Positions 1 to 6,873 of a stretch of 64,000 nt of DNA are shown here, piece by piece. Below the pieces are notes generated by a model. The model ran no database searches and was not told where the DNA came from. It was given only the letters and a program-made list of their open reading frames with translations. The stretch is from Anaerolineae bacterium (lineage in GTDB: Bacteria; Chloroflexota; Anaerolineae; CG2-30-64-16): contig JAXGQB010000020.1 of NCBI GenBank assembly GCA_040766655.1, positions 28,327 through 92,326 of the forward strand. Reading direction: 5' to 3'. How positions within the stretch are numbered: position 1 is the first letter of the stretch; the number at the start of each line of letters is the position of its first letter. Made by a program: the position numbers and the translations under genes.

Positions 1-241
1 CGCTTGAGCCGCCCTGCGCGGCCAGGTCCGCCGCCGCCACCTTGAAGATCTCACCTGCCATGATCAGATCGGACAGGTAGTACTCCCCGGTCTCGAAGCG
101 TTCGCCGATCAGGGTCATCCCCTCCCGGCACTCGTCCAGCAGCCGGCTCGGACTCGCGCCCGCGGCCAGTCCGGCCTTGACCAGGTCCTGGACCTTCATC
201 TCGTCCAGGTCCGCCATCGCCATCGTCAGTTCGCTCGCCAT
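1..241 (-). CDS. Corrinoid (B12-binding) protein, N-terminal part only; the gene runs off the left edge
   Basis: nt 1-241 is a near-copy of nt 3063-3303, the 5' half of the complete corrinoid protein gene at 2686-3303. It has the same ATG context (cat at 239-241), preceded on the minus strand by AAGGAGAAG. Confidence 0.8.
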   Translation of the reverse strand, partial: MASELTMAMADLDEMKVQDLVKAGLAAGASPSRLLDECREGMTLIGERFETGEYYLSDLIMAGEIFKVAAADLAAQGGSS

Positions 242-281
242 TGTGCTTCTCCTTAGGAAATGGGTGGTTCCACTGCCGTCA

Positions 282-332
282 AGACCTCCGAGGTCGCGCC
301 AACCTTCGGTTGGCCTGAGACGTCGGAGGTCT
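282..332. repeat. Nested palindromic intergenic element (AGACCTCCGA ... TCGGAGGTCT enclosing GCCAACC-TTC-GGTTGGC)
   Basis: A 10-bp outer inverted repeat (282-291 / 323-332) encloses a 7-bp inner hairpin (298-314). It lies in the gap between two minus-strand genes. Same sequence family as the tandem units at 46086-46189. Confidence 0.8.
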
Positions 333-350
333 TCTGGTTCGCTGTTTGCC

Positions 351-1487
351 TCAGGCGGCCTTGCCGCATTCGAGCGAGGCCGCGACGAACGCGGCCATAT
401 TCTCCGGCTTGGTGTTGATCGGCGCGTCGCAGCCGGGGCACAGCAGCAGCCCGGTCGCGCCGATATCGCGGACCAGGTCGGCCACGTATTTGTACACCTC
501 GTCGGGAGTGCCGGCCACCAGCAGCGAGGCCGGGACGTCGCCCATCATCGCCATGTTGTCCCGAAGCAGCTCGCGGAACTTGCGCACGTCGGTCATGCCG
601 TCCGGGTTGAGCACGCACTTCTTCGCGGGCAACTCCTGCAGGCGCACGAGGTCGCGCGTCCAGTCCTGGTCCCAGTGCAGCACCGGGGTGATGCCCCGCG
701 CGACCAACGCATCGACGATCTGGACGATGTAAGGCCACACAAAACGGTTCCAGAGCTTGGGCGAGAGCATCGCGCTCGCGGTCCGCCACCCGCCGACCCA
801 CACGCCAGCGCCGCCCTCGTTCGGCTCAGGGGCCGCCTTGATGCCCGCCAGCTCGACCTCGAGGATCGCCTGCATCGCGGCCTCGACCCGGTCGGGGATG
901 CGGTGCAAGTCGAAAATGAACTGCTGGAAGGAACGCCCGCCGCACAGCGGCTCGAAGGGCACGAGGGTGGGCGCCACCGCGCTGCACACGACCGCATAGC
1001 CGTGCTCGGCGCACTCCCGGAACATGCGCTCCCGGTTGGCGCCGTTCCAGGCCGCGATTGAGGCGAGCTCCGCCGGGTCCGCGATCCTCGGGATGAACGC
1101 CTTCTGCCAGGCCGGCCAACCCTGGGCCACGATGGCCTCGTAGTCGTCCTGGGTCATCAACTCCGCTTCCTGCACCTGCCACAGGCTGTCCTCAGGCAGC
1201 TCGCGGCCGGGAATGTTGACGTGCGACAGCCACCAGGGTGCAAGGTAGACCCCGCCCACGCCGCCGACGTTCATGATCGCGTCGAAACCGGGGAACCGGT
1301 CCATCGCGTCCATCTTGACCTGCCACGCGGCCTCGTTGTCCCTGCAGTAGTTGGACATCTTCATGCCCATGACGCGCGGGGCGAAGCCCTGGCCCATGAA
1401 TACGACCGGCGCCCGGTCCACCGGCTCGCAGGCCATCGCTTTCTTCACCCGAGCCAGGCGCTCCTGGTACGTTGCTTCGGCTTCCAT
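351..1487 (-). CDS. URO-D-fold (MtaA/CmuA-type) corrinoid methyltransferase, paralog B
   Basis: 378-aa ORF that aligns along its full length with the ORF at 1541-2677. Shared blocks include HWDQDWTRDL, NPDGMTD-RKF and LCPGCDAPINTKPENM-AFV. GGAG lies about 8 nt upstream of the ATG at 1487. Confidence 0.85.
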   Translation of the reverse strand: MEAEATYQERLARVKKAMACEPVDRAPVVFMGQGFAPRVMGMKMSNYCRDNEAAWQVKMDAMDRFPGFDAIMNVGGVGGVYLAPWWLSHVNIPGRELPEDSLWQVQEAELMTQDDYEAIVAQGWPAWQKAFIPRIADPAELASIAAWNGANRERMFRECAEHGYAVVCSAVAPTLVPFEPLCGGRSFQQFIFDLHRIPDRVEAAMQAILEVELAGIKAAPEPNEGGAGVWVGGWRTASAMLSPKLWNRFVWPYIVQIVDALVARGITPVLHWDQDWTRDLVRLQELPAKKCVLNPDGMTDVRKFRELLRDNMAMMGDVPASLLVAGTPDEVYKYVADLVRDIGATGLLLCPGCDAPINTKPENMAAFVAASLECGKAA

Positions 1488-1511
1488 TTGCGTGCTCCGT
1501 GACTGAAAACG

Positions 1512-1532
1512 GGGGCGGGGTGACCCCGCCCC
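1512..1532. other. Perfect 9-bp G+C stem-loop between the two methyltransferase genes
   Basis: GGGGCGGGG-tga-CCCCGCCCC sits in the 53-nt intercistronic gap. No U-tract follows, so it is more likely an RNA processing or stability element than a terminator. Confidence 0.6.
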
Positions 1533-1540
1533 TACCCATG

Positions 1541-2677
1541 TTATGCCATCTTGCCGAACTCGCGCGCGGCCGCGACGAAGGCCTCCATGTTCTCCGGTTT
1601 CGTGTTGATCGGCGCGTCACAGCCGGGGCAGAGGATCAGCCCGCGGCCCTCGAACAGCGCGACCTGGTCCTTCACGTAGGCGTACACGTCATCGGGCGTG
1701 CCCGCGGCAAGCACCGACGCGGGTATGTCGCCCAGCATCGCCATGTGGTCGCCGGCCAGTTCCTTGAACTTGCGCATGTCGGTCATGCCGTCCGGGTTCA
1801 TGATGCATTGCTTCGCCGGCAGATCCTTGAGCAGCCCGAGGTCGCGCGTCCAGTCCTGGTCCCAGTGCAGCACCGGCGTGACGCCTACGGAGAGGAGCGC
1901 TTCGACCTGCTCCACGATGTAGGGCCAGACGAACTTGTTCCACTGCCTCGGCGCCACCATGGCACTGGCCGAGCGCCACCCGCCGACCCATGTGCCGCGG
2001 ATGCCGCCGAACGGGGGCATGGCCTTGATCTTCGCGATCTCCGCTTCCTGGATCACGTCCATCACGGCCTTGATCTTGTCCGGCATGCGATACAGGTCGA
2101 GGAAGAACTTCTGCATCGATCGGCCGCCGCAGAGATACTCGAACGGGATGTTCACGGAGACCGGTGCGTCGCAGATGATGACGATGCCGGCGTCGCGGTA
2201 CGCCTGCTGGACGCCCGGCGTGATCTGCATCATCCAACCCATCGACTGGCCGAACTCCTCCGGGTCGATGACGCGGGGCAGGTAGCTGCCGAAGAAGGCG
2301 TTCCAGCCCATGCTGAGGATGGCGTCGTAGTCATCGACGGTCATGACCTCGGCCTCGCGCACCTGCCACAGGCTGTCCTCTGGGAGGTCGCGACCGGGCA
2401 CGCCGAGCCTGGACAGCCACATGGTCGTGAGGAGGGCGGTGATGCGGCCGGCCGGCGCGAGGTTGACGGCGTCTACGTCCAGGCGCTTCGACACCTCGAG
2501 GTTCACCCGCGCGGCGGACTCCGGGTTGGCGCAGTACTCAGCAATCGTCATGCCCGTCCAGCGCGGGGCAAAGGCCGTGCCCATGAATGCGACCGGCACC
2601 TGGTCGACCGGTTCGAGTGCGATGGCTTTCTTGATACGGTCATAGCGTTGCTGATACAGGGCTTCGTTGCTCATCAT
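1541..2677 (-). CDS. URO-D-fold (MtaA/CmuA-type) corrinoid methyltransferase, paralog A
   Basis: The ORF track gives 1541-2701. Alignment with the paralog and the GGGAGG RBS favour the tandem ATGs at 2677/2674 (MMSNEALYQQRYDRIKKAIALEPVD). C-terminal LCPGCDAPINTKPENMEAFV block. Confidence 0.85.
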   Translation of the reverse strand: MMSNEALYQQRYDRIKKAIALEPVDQVPVAFMGTAFAPRWTGMTIAEYCANPESAARVNLEVSKRLDVDAVNLAPAGRITALLTTMWLSRLGVPGRDLPEDSLWQVREAEVMTVDDYDAILSMGWNAFFGSYLPRVIDPEEFGQSMGWMMQITPGVQQAYRDAGIVIICDAPVSVNIPFEYLCGGRSMQKFFLDLYRMPDKIKAVMDVIQEAEIAKIKAMPPFGGIRGTWVGGWRSASAMVAPRQWNKFVWPYIVEQVEALLSVGVTPVLHWDQDWTRDLGLLKDLPAKQCIMNPDGMTDMRKFKELAGDHMAMLGDIPASVLAAGTPDDVYAYVKDQVALFEGRGLILCPGCDAPINTKPENMEAFVAAAREFGKMA

Positions 2678-2685
2678 GATCCTCC

Positions 2686-3303
2686 CTATGCCGCCAGCCA
2701 CTGGCCGGCCAAAGCCACCGCTGACTGTGCGTCCACGCCCAGTGCATCCGCGCCCACGTACTCCCGCACCTGCTCGCTCACCGGCCCCCCGCCGATCATC
2801 ACCTTGACCGGCAGCCCGGCGGCCTTCAGCGCATCCACCGTCTCCTTCATCGGGTCGAACGAGATCGTCAGCAGGCCCGACATGCCCACCACCGCCGCCC
2901 CCGTCTCCTTGACCGCCGCCACGAACTTCGCCGGCTCCACGTCCACGCCCAGATCCGTCACCTCGTAGTTCGCCCCGCGCAGCATCGTCACCACGATGTC
3001 CTTGCCGATGTCGTGGATGTCGCCCTTCACCGTGCCCATCACGACCTTGCCCTTCGTCGGGCCGCTTGAGCCGCCCTGCGCAGCCAGATCCGCGGCCGCA
3101 ACCTTGAAGATCTCACCCGCCATGATCAGGTCGGACAGGTAGTACTCCCCGGTTTCGAAGCGTTCGCCGATCAGGGTCATCCCCTCCCGGCACTCGTCCA
3201 GCAGCCGGCTCGGGCTCACGCCCGCAGCCAGTCCGGCCTTGACCAGGTCCTGGACCTTCATCTCGTCCAGGTCCGCCATCGCCATCGTCAGTTCGCTCGC
3301 CAT
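2686..3303 (-). CDS. Corrinoid protein (B12-binding_2 helical bundle plus Rossmann B12-binding domain)
   Basis: 205 aa with the DxHxxG motif as GDIHDIGKDIV, then GMSGLL and MIGGG. AAGGAGAAG RBS before the ATG at 3303. Confidence 0.9.
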   Translation of the reverse strand: MASELTMAMADLDEMKVQDLVKAGLAAGVSPSRLLDECREGMTLIGERFETGEYYLSDLIMAGEIFKVAAADLAAQGGSSGPTKGKVVMGTVKGDIHDIGKDIVVTMLRGANYEVTDLGVDVEPAKFVAAVKETGAAVVGMSGLLTISFDPMKETVDALKAAGLPVKVMIGGGPVSEQVREYVGADALGVDAQSAVALAGQWLAA

Positions 3304-3337
3304 TGTGCTTCTCCTTGGGAAGTGGGTTGGGTTGATG

Positions 3338-4033
3338 CTAGAGACTGCCGTGCTTGCCGTGGAACGGGCAGCGATCGGCCATGGTGCAATAGTCGCAGTG
3401 GGTGGCGCCGGGCACGCCCATGGGGCGGCGCCCGATACCGGCCATCAGCGAGAGGGACTTGATCGGCTTCATGAGGAGCGATTCCGTCAGCGACACGCCG
3501 ATCTGCGTCGCATCCAGCAGGTCGAAGATCACGGCCTGGTCCTTGACCGACCATTCGGATTCGCCGGGCGACAGGTAGGTGCTGATGTGCAGGCCCTGCG
3601 CTGCCGCGTCCATCTCCAGCTGGCGGTAGAACAGCTGGCTGAGTTGCCCCACGGCCAGGGAGCCCAGTTGGTCGAGCAGCATGCCCCGCACCGCCTCCCC
3701 GCGATCCCGGTACTCGTGGCTGCGCGCTGGGAGCTTCGGCCCGATCGTGCACACGCCGATGGCCAGCTGGTCCGCGCCGCCCATCACCGTGGTGACCGGC
3801 CCGTTGCCGATGCGCCGGCCGCCGGCCACGATCACCTGCTCGTGGCGCATCTCCTGCACGGGGAAGTAATTCCAGGCAACGGCCGGCTCGACCAGGTCTG
3901 CGGCCTCGCGGAAGGTTGCGTCGAAAATCTCGGCCATCCCCGGCCGGCGCAGCACCCGGGCGTAGGTGTGCCCGTAGTCCTGCATGAATCCGGCCTGGTC
4001 CAGGATGACGTGCCAATCACGGCTGGTCTGCAT
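3338..4033 (-). CDS. Stand-alone homolog of the methionine synthase (MetH) reactivation/AdoMet-binding domain, with a C-terminal Cys/His cluster
   Basis: 231 aa. Blocks VEPAVAWNYFPV, QLAIGVCTIGPKL and SPGESEWSVKDQAVIFDLL...GVSLTESLLMKPIKSLS follow the MetH activation-domain pattern. The tail is HCDYCTMADRCPFHGKH. GAGGGGA RBS. Confidence 0.75.
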   Translation of the reverse strand: MQTSRDWHVILDQAGFMQDYGHTYARVLRRPGMAEIFDATFREAADLVEPAVAWNYFPVQEMRHEQVIVAGGRRIGNGPVTTVMGGADQLAIGVCTIGPKLPARSHEYRDRGEAVRGMLLDQLGSLAVGQLSQLFYRQLEMDAAAQGLHISTYLSPGESEWSVKDQAVIFDLLDATQIGVSLTESLLMKPIKSLSLMAGIGRRPMGVPGATHCDYCTMADRCPFHGKHGSL

Positions 4034-4505
4034 GTTGTGTCCCCTCGTGATGATGGTGATGATGTGGGAGCGGCACGTCCTCGACGGTCGCGCCCCAACG
4101 TTCAGCGACCTTAGCGGCCGCGGCCGCGGTCAGCGCGGCCAGGCGTTCGGTCGGGAGGCCATAGACAAGGACGTTCAGCGTGATCGGCATCTCGGACAGG
4201 CCCGCCGGCGCCGCGCCGGTCACGGTCGCAGCATGCCGCGGGCTGACGACGCTCACGCGCAGGTATTCACCTTCATCGAACAACGCCAGCAGCTTGATAT
4301 GGCCGATCACGACATGGGCGGCGCGGCTGCGGCCGGCGCGGCTCTCATCTGCGCCGGCCTCCGCGCACATGCGGGCCACATCGGCAAGGTACTCGGAGAA
4401 CAAGGCGGACCACTCCCCGGGCGAGAGCGGCCGGGGCGCGGACCAGTGCTGTTGGCGCGCGTACGGCTCGAGGCCGGGCAGGCCCGCGTCGAGCTTGAGG
4501 CTCAT
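4017..4505 (-). CDS. CobW_C-like domain protein with a natural His6 stretch (detached C-terminal half of a COG0523 protein)
   Basis: Start taken at MSLKLD (ATG 4505), which overlaps the upstream stop as ATGA. IGHIKLLALFDEGEYLRVSVV resembles the CobW C-terminal domain. Ends in PLPHHHHHHEGTQH. Its last 17 nt overlap the next gene. Confidence 0.55.
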   Translation of the reverse strand: MSLKLDAGLPGLEPYARQQHWSAPRPLSPGEWSALFSEYLADVARMCAEAGADESRAGRSRAAHVVIGHIKLLALFDEGEYLRVSVVSPRHAATVTGAAPAGLSEMPITLNVLVYGLPTERLAALTAAAAAKVAERWGATVEDVPLPHHHHHHEGTQHADQP

Positions 4506-5092
4506 GGCAGCAGCCCCGCGACGAGGTCCGGCGGCAGCTCGCCGCCCAGCGCCAGGCAAAAGAGCGGCGCACGGTCGTTGATGGCCCGCGTGGCGGCTGT
4601 CGCCTCCGCCAGTTCCTCCGCAGTCGCGAGGTCAGCCTTGCTGATCACCAGGCAATCGCCCTGCCGGATCCCGGCGGCGATAAGCGGCTCCAGCACTTCC
4701 AGGAGCATTGGCAGCCGAAGGGGATCGAGCACCGTCACCCAGCGCACGCTTTCGAGCGGCCGGCCCCGATAGTACGGGAGTGCGGTGAGCACGTTCCTGG
4801 GGTCCGCCGCGCCGGACGGCTCAACGACGACCAGGTCAACGGCATACTCCGCGTCCAGCGTCTGCAGCGTGGAGACCAGGTCGGCCGTCAGGGTGCAGCA
4901 GATGCAGCCGTTGAACAGCTCCCAGACGTTGAGGTCGAGCTGCCGCATGAGTTGGTTGTCGATGCCGATCTCGCCGATCTCGTTGACGATCATGGCGGCC
5001 CTGCGCCCCCGCTCCTGCGCGGCGTGCGCCAGGCTGAGGATCAGCGTGGTCTTTCCCGACCCCAGGAATCCGTTGACTAGCAGCAAGTGCAT
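4502..5092 (-). CDS. COG0523 (CobW/YjiA-type) G3E GTPase, N-terminal GTPase domain only
   Basis: Contains the P-loop GFLGSGKTT, the CxCC metal motif GCICC, VVVEPSG and ISKADL. 196 aa, so it lacks the usual C-terminal domain. GAGGAA RBS. Confidence 0.85.
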   Translation of the reverse strand: MHLLLVNGFLGSGKTTLILSLAHAAQERGRRAAMIVNEIGEIGIDNQLMRQLDLNVWELFNGCICCTLTADLVSTLQTLDAEYAVDLVVVEPSGAADPRNVLTALPYYRGRPLESVRWVTVLDPLRLPMLLEVLEPLIAAGIRQGDCLVISKADLATAEELAEATAATRAINDRAPLFCLALGGELPPDLVAGLLP

Positions 5093-5123
5093 GAAGGTTT
5101 CCTCAAATGTGTTGCCGGGGGTA

Positions 5124-5152
5124 TTGACAACCCGATGTTGATACTATACACT
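5124..5152 (+). promoter_or_regulatory. Candidate sigma70-type promoter for the GntR/B12-binding operon
   Basis: TTGACA at 5124-5129, a 17-nt spacer, then TACACT at 5147-5152 (alternatively TATACA with a 15-nt spacer). About 110 nt upstream of the GTG at 5266. Confidence 0.45.
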
Positions 5153-5171
5153 TATATATATAAGATGTCAA
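5143..5171 (-). promoter_or_regulatory. Candidate sigma70-type promoter for the corrinoid methyltransferase operon
   Basis: On the minus strand: TTGACA (5171-5166), a 17-nt spacer, then TATAGT (5148-5143). It lies about 50 nt upstream of the ATG at 5092. Its -10 overlaps the -10 of the plus-strand promoter. Confidence 0.55.
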
Positions 5172-5265
5172 GTGTCATTTGGCACGAATCGCCCGTGAGT
5201 TTGACGGGCAAGGCGCTCGAGGGTAGACTTTTATCGGCCCTTCTTCCACACCGCCGAGGCACGCC

Positions 5266-6048
5266 GTGAGCACCGTTCGCGTTGAGGAACATCAAAGCAC
5301 GACCCGCCTGGACCGTGACTCGTACGAGCCGGCCTACGCGCAGATCGTGCGCATCCTGAGCGAGGAGATCGCTTCGGGGCGCTACCGCCCCGGCGATCAA
5401 CTGCCCTCGGAATCGCAGCTGTGCGCCCGCTTCGACGTCAGTTCCATGACCATCCGCCGCGCCATGAACATCATGGTGGACCGGGGGACGGTGATCGCAT
5501 CGCAGGGCAAGGGCGTGTTCGTGCGCGGCCTCGACATGGGCGAGGCCGCCTTCAAGCTGCGGGAGCGGAACGACGCGGGCGTGCGCGCGGCGTTTGCGGC
5601 CGCCCAGCGGGAGGTGCGCCTGCTTCAGGCCGCGATTTTGCCGGCAGACGACCGGGTGGCGCGCAAGCTGGACATTGAGCCGGACGGCAGAGTCATCTAT
5701 CTCCGCCGGCTGGTGCACATCGCGGGCGACCCGGTCATGTATCACCGCGAGTACCTCCGCTATGACCCACGCCAGCCGTCCGTCGAGGCCGAGTTGCAGA
5801 TCACCTCGCTGGAAGGGCTGTTCCGCGGGCAGGACGGGCAAGGGCTGCGCCGGGGCGATCTGACCGTCGAGGCGGTCGTGCTCACCGAAGAAGAGGCCGA
5901 GATCCTGCAGTGCCCCGCCGGCTCTCCCGCCTTCTGCCTGGAGCACATCTTCTACGATTTCGAGAACCGGCCGGTCGCCTGGGGCCGGTTCATCTGCCGC
6001 GCGGACCGCTACAGCCTGGTTGGCCGCATCGGCGCCGACATTTCGTGA
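5266..6048 (+). CDS. GntR-family transcriptional regulator, HutC subfamily (winged HTH plus UTRA domain)
   Basis: 260 aa. N-terminus YAQIVRILSEEIASGRYRPGDQLPSESQLCARFDVSSMTIRRAMNIMVDRGTVIASQGKGVFV. GTG start with GAGG upstream. Confidence 0.9.
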   Translation: MSTVRVEEHQSTTRLDRDSYEPAYAQIVRILSEEIASGRYRPGDQLPSESQLCARFDVSSMTIRRAMNIMVDRGTVIASQGKGVFVRGLDMGEAAFKLRERNDAGVRAAFAAAQREVRLLQAAILPADDRVARKLDIEPDGRVIYLRRLVHIAGDPVMYHREYLRYDPRQPSVEAELQITSLEGLFRGQDGQGLRRGDLTVEAVVLTEEEAEILQCPAGSPAFCLEHIFYDFENRPVAWGRFICRADRYSLVGRIGADIS

Positions 6049-6063
6049 ATGTGGAGCTGAAAG

Positions 6064-6741
6064 ATGCGCGATGAAGTGAGGAGGAAGCTCCGCGACGCGG
6101 TCGCCGATCTCGAGGAGAACGAGGTGCTGGCGACCGTGCGCGCCTGCATCGATGCGGGCGACGACCCGGCCGCGGCCATCGCGGCCTGCGAGGAAGGCAT
6201 GCGCCTGGTCGGCGAGCGCTACGAGCAGCACGAGTACTACCTGTCCGGCCTGATCATGGCAGGCGAGATCTTCCGCGAGGTGCTGGAGTTGGCCCAGCCC
6301 GCGCTGCAGGCGAGCCTGGCCGGTCACTCGAGCGGCAAGGTGTTGATCGGTACGGTCCAGGGCGACATCCACGACATCGGCAAGGCCATCTTGCAGATCG
6401 CGCTGCGCTCCTACGGCTTCGAGGTGGAGGACCTCGGCGTCGACGTGCCGCCGCAGGTCTTCGCCAGGCGGGCCGCCGAGTGGCAGCCCGACATCGTCGG
6501 ACTCTCCGGCCTTCTCTCCACGGCCTACGACACGATGCGCGAGACCGTCCAGCTCCTGCGCGCCACGGCTGGGGGCGGCGCGGCCGTGCCCATCCTCATC
6601 GGCGGCGGGCTGATCGACGAACGGGTGCGCGGCTACGTCGGCGCGGACTACGCGTGCAGCAACGCGCTGGAAGGCGTGCGCCTGTGCCAGCAACTCATGG
6701 ACGCGCGGCGCGCGGGTGACGCGGACGGCGCCGGCGAGTGA
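6064..6741 (+). CDS. Stand-alone B12-binding protein (corrinoid-protein architecture) co-transcribed with the GntR regulator
   Basis: 225 aa with a helical N-domain (GERYEQHEYYLSGLIMAGEIF), GDIHDIGKAIL (DxHxxG), GLSGLL and LIGGG. Starts 16 nt after the GntR stop and has a GGAG RBS. Confidence 0.85.
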   Translation: MRDEVRRKLRDAVADLEENEVLATVRACIDAGDDPAAAIAACEEGMRLVGERYEQHEYYLSGLIMAGEIFREVLELAQPALQASLAGHSSGKVLIGTVQGDIHDIGKAILQIALRSYGFEVEDLGVDVPPQVFARRAAEWQPDIVGLSGLLSTAYDTMRETVQLLRATAGGGAAVPILIGGGLIDERVRGYVGADYACSNALEGVRLCQQLMDARRAGDADGAGE

Positions 6742-6873
6742 ACGACACGGCAGAACTGACGATCCATGGTACGATAGGGCCGGACCGAGATGGCCGGTGG
6801 GCCCTCGCGCGCTGTGCGCGACGGACCGCGCGCCAGCCACCCATCCTCAGGGCGAACCCCAGGGTGAGACACC

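Noticed and set aside
5172-5265. Looked for a cobalamin riboswitch (B12 box) in the leaders of the B12-related genes. Also checked 6742-6873, 27478-27662, 32235-32469 and 46190-46269.
   Set aside because: I could not find a B12-box-like consensus or the expected multi-stem architecture by eye. A covariance-model scan (Rfam RF00174) would be needed to exclude one.
5152-6840. 562-aa ORF antisense to the GntR and B12-binding genes. Similar long shadow ORFs occur at 14407-15777, 18150-19508, 23419-25017, 28455-29828, 30425-31660, 32803-34020, 35104-36375, 37370-38467, 44767-46140, 45669-47339 and 47212-48063.
   Set aside because: Each lies opposite to, or out of frame with, a gene that has clear family motifs. 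Their translations are Arg/Ala/Gly/Pro-rich with no motifs, as expected for stop-poor alternative frames in ~66% G+C DNA.
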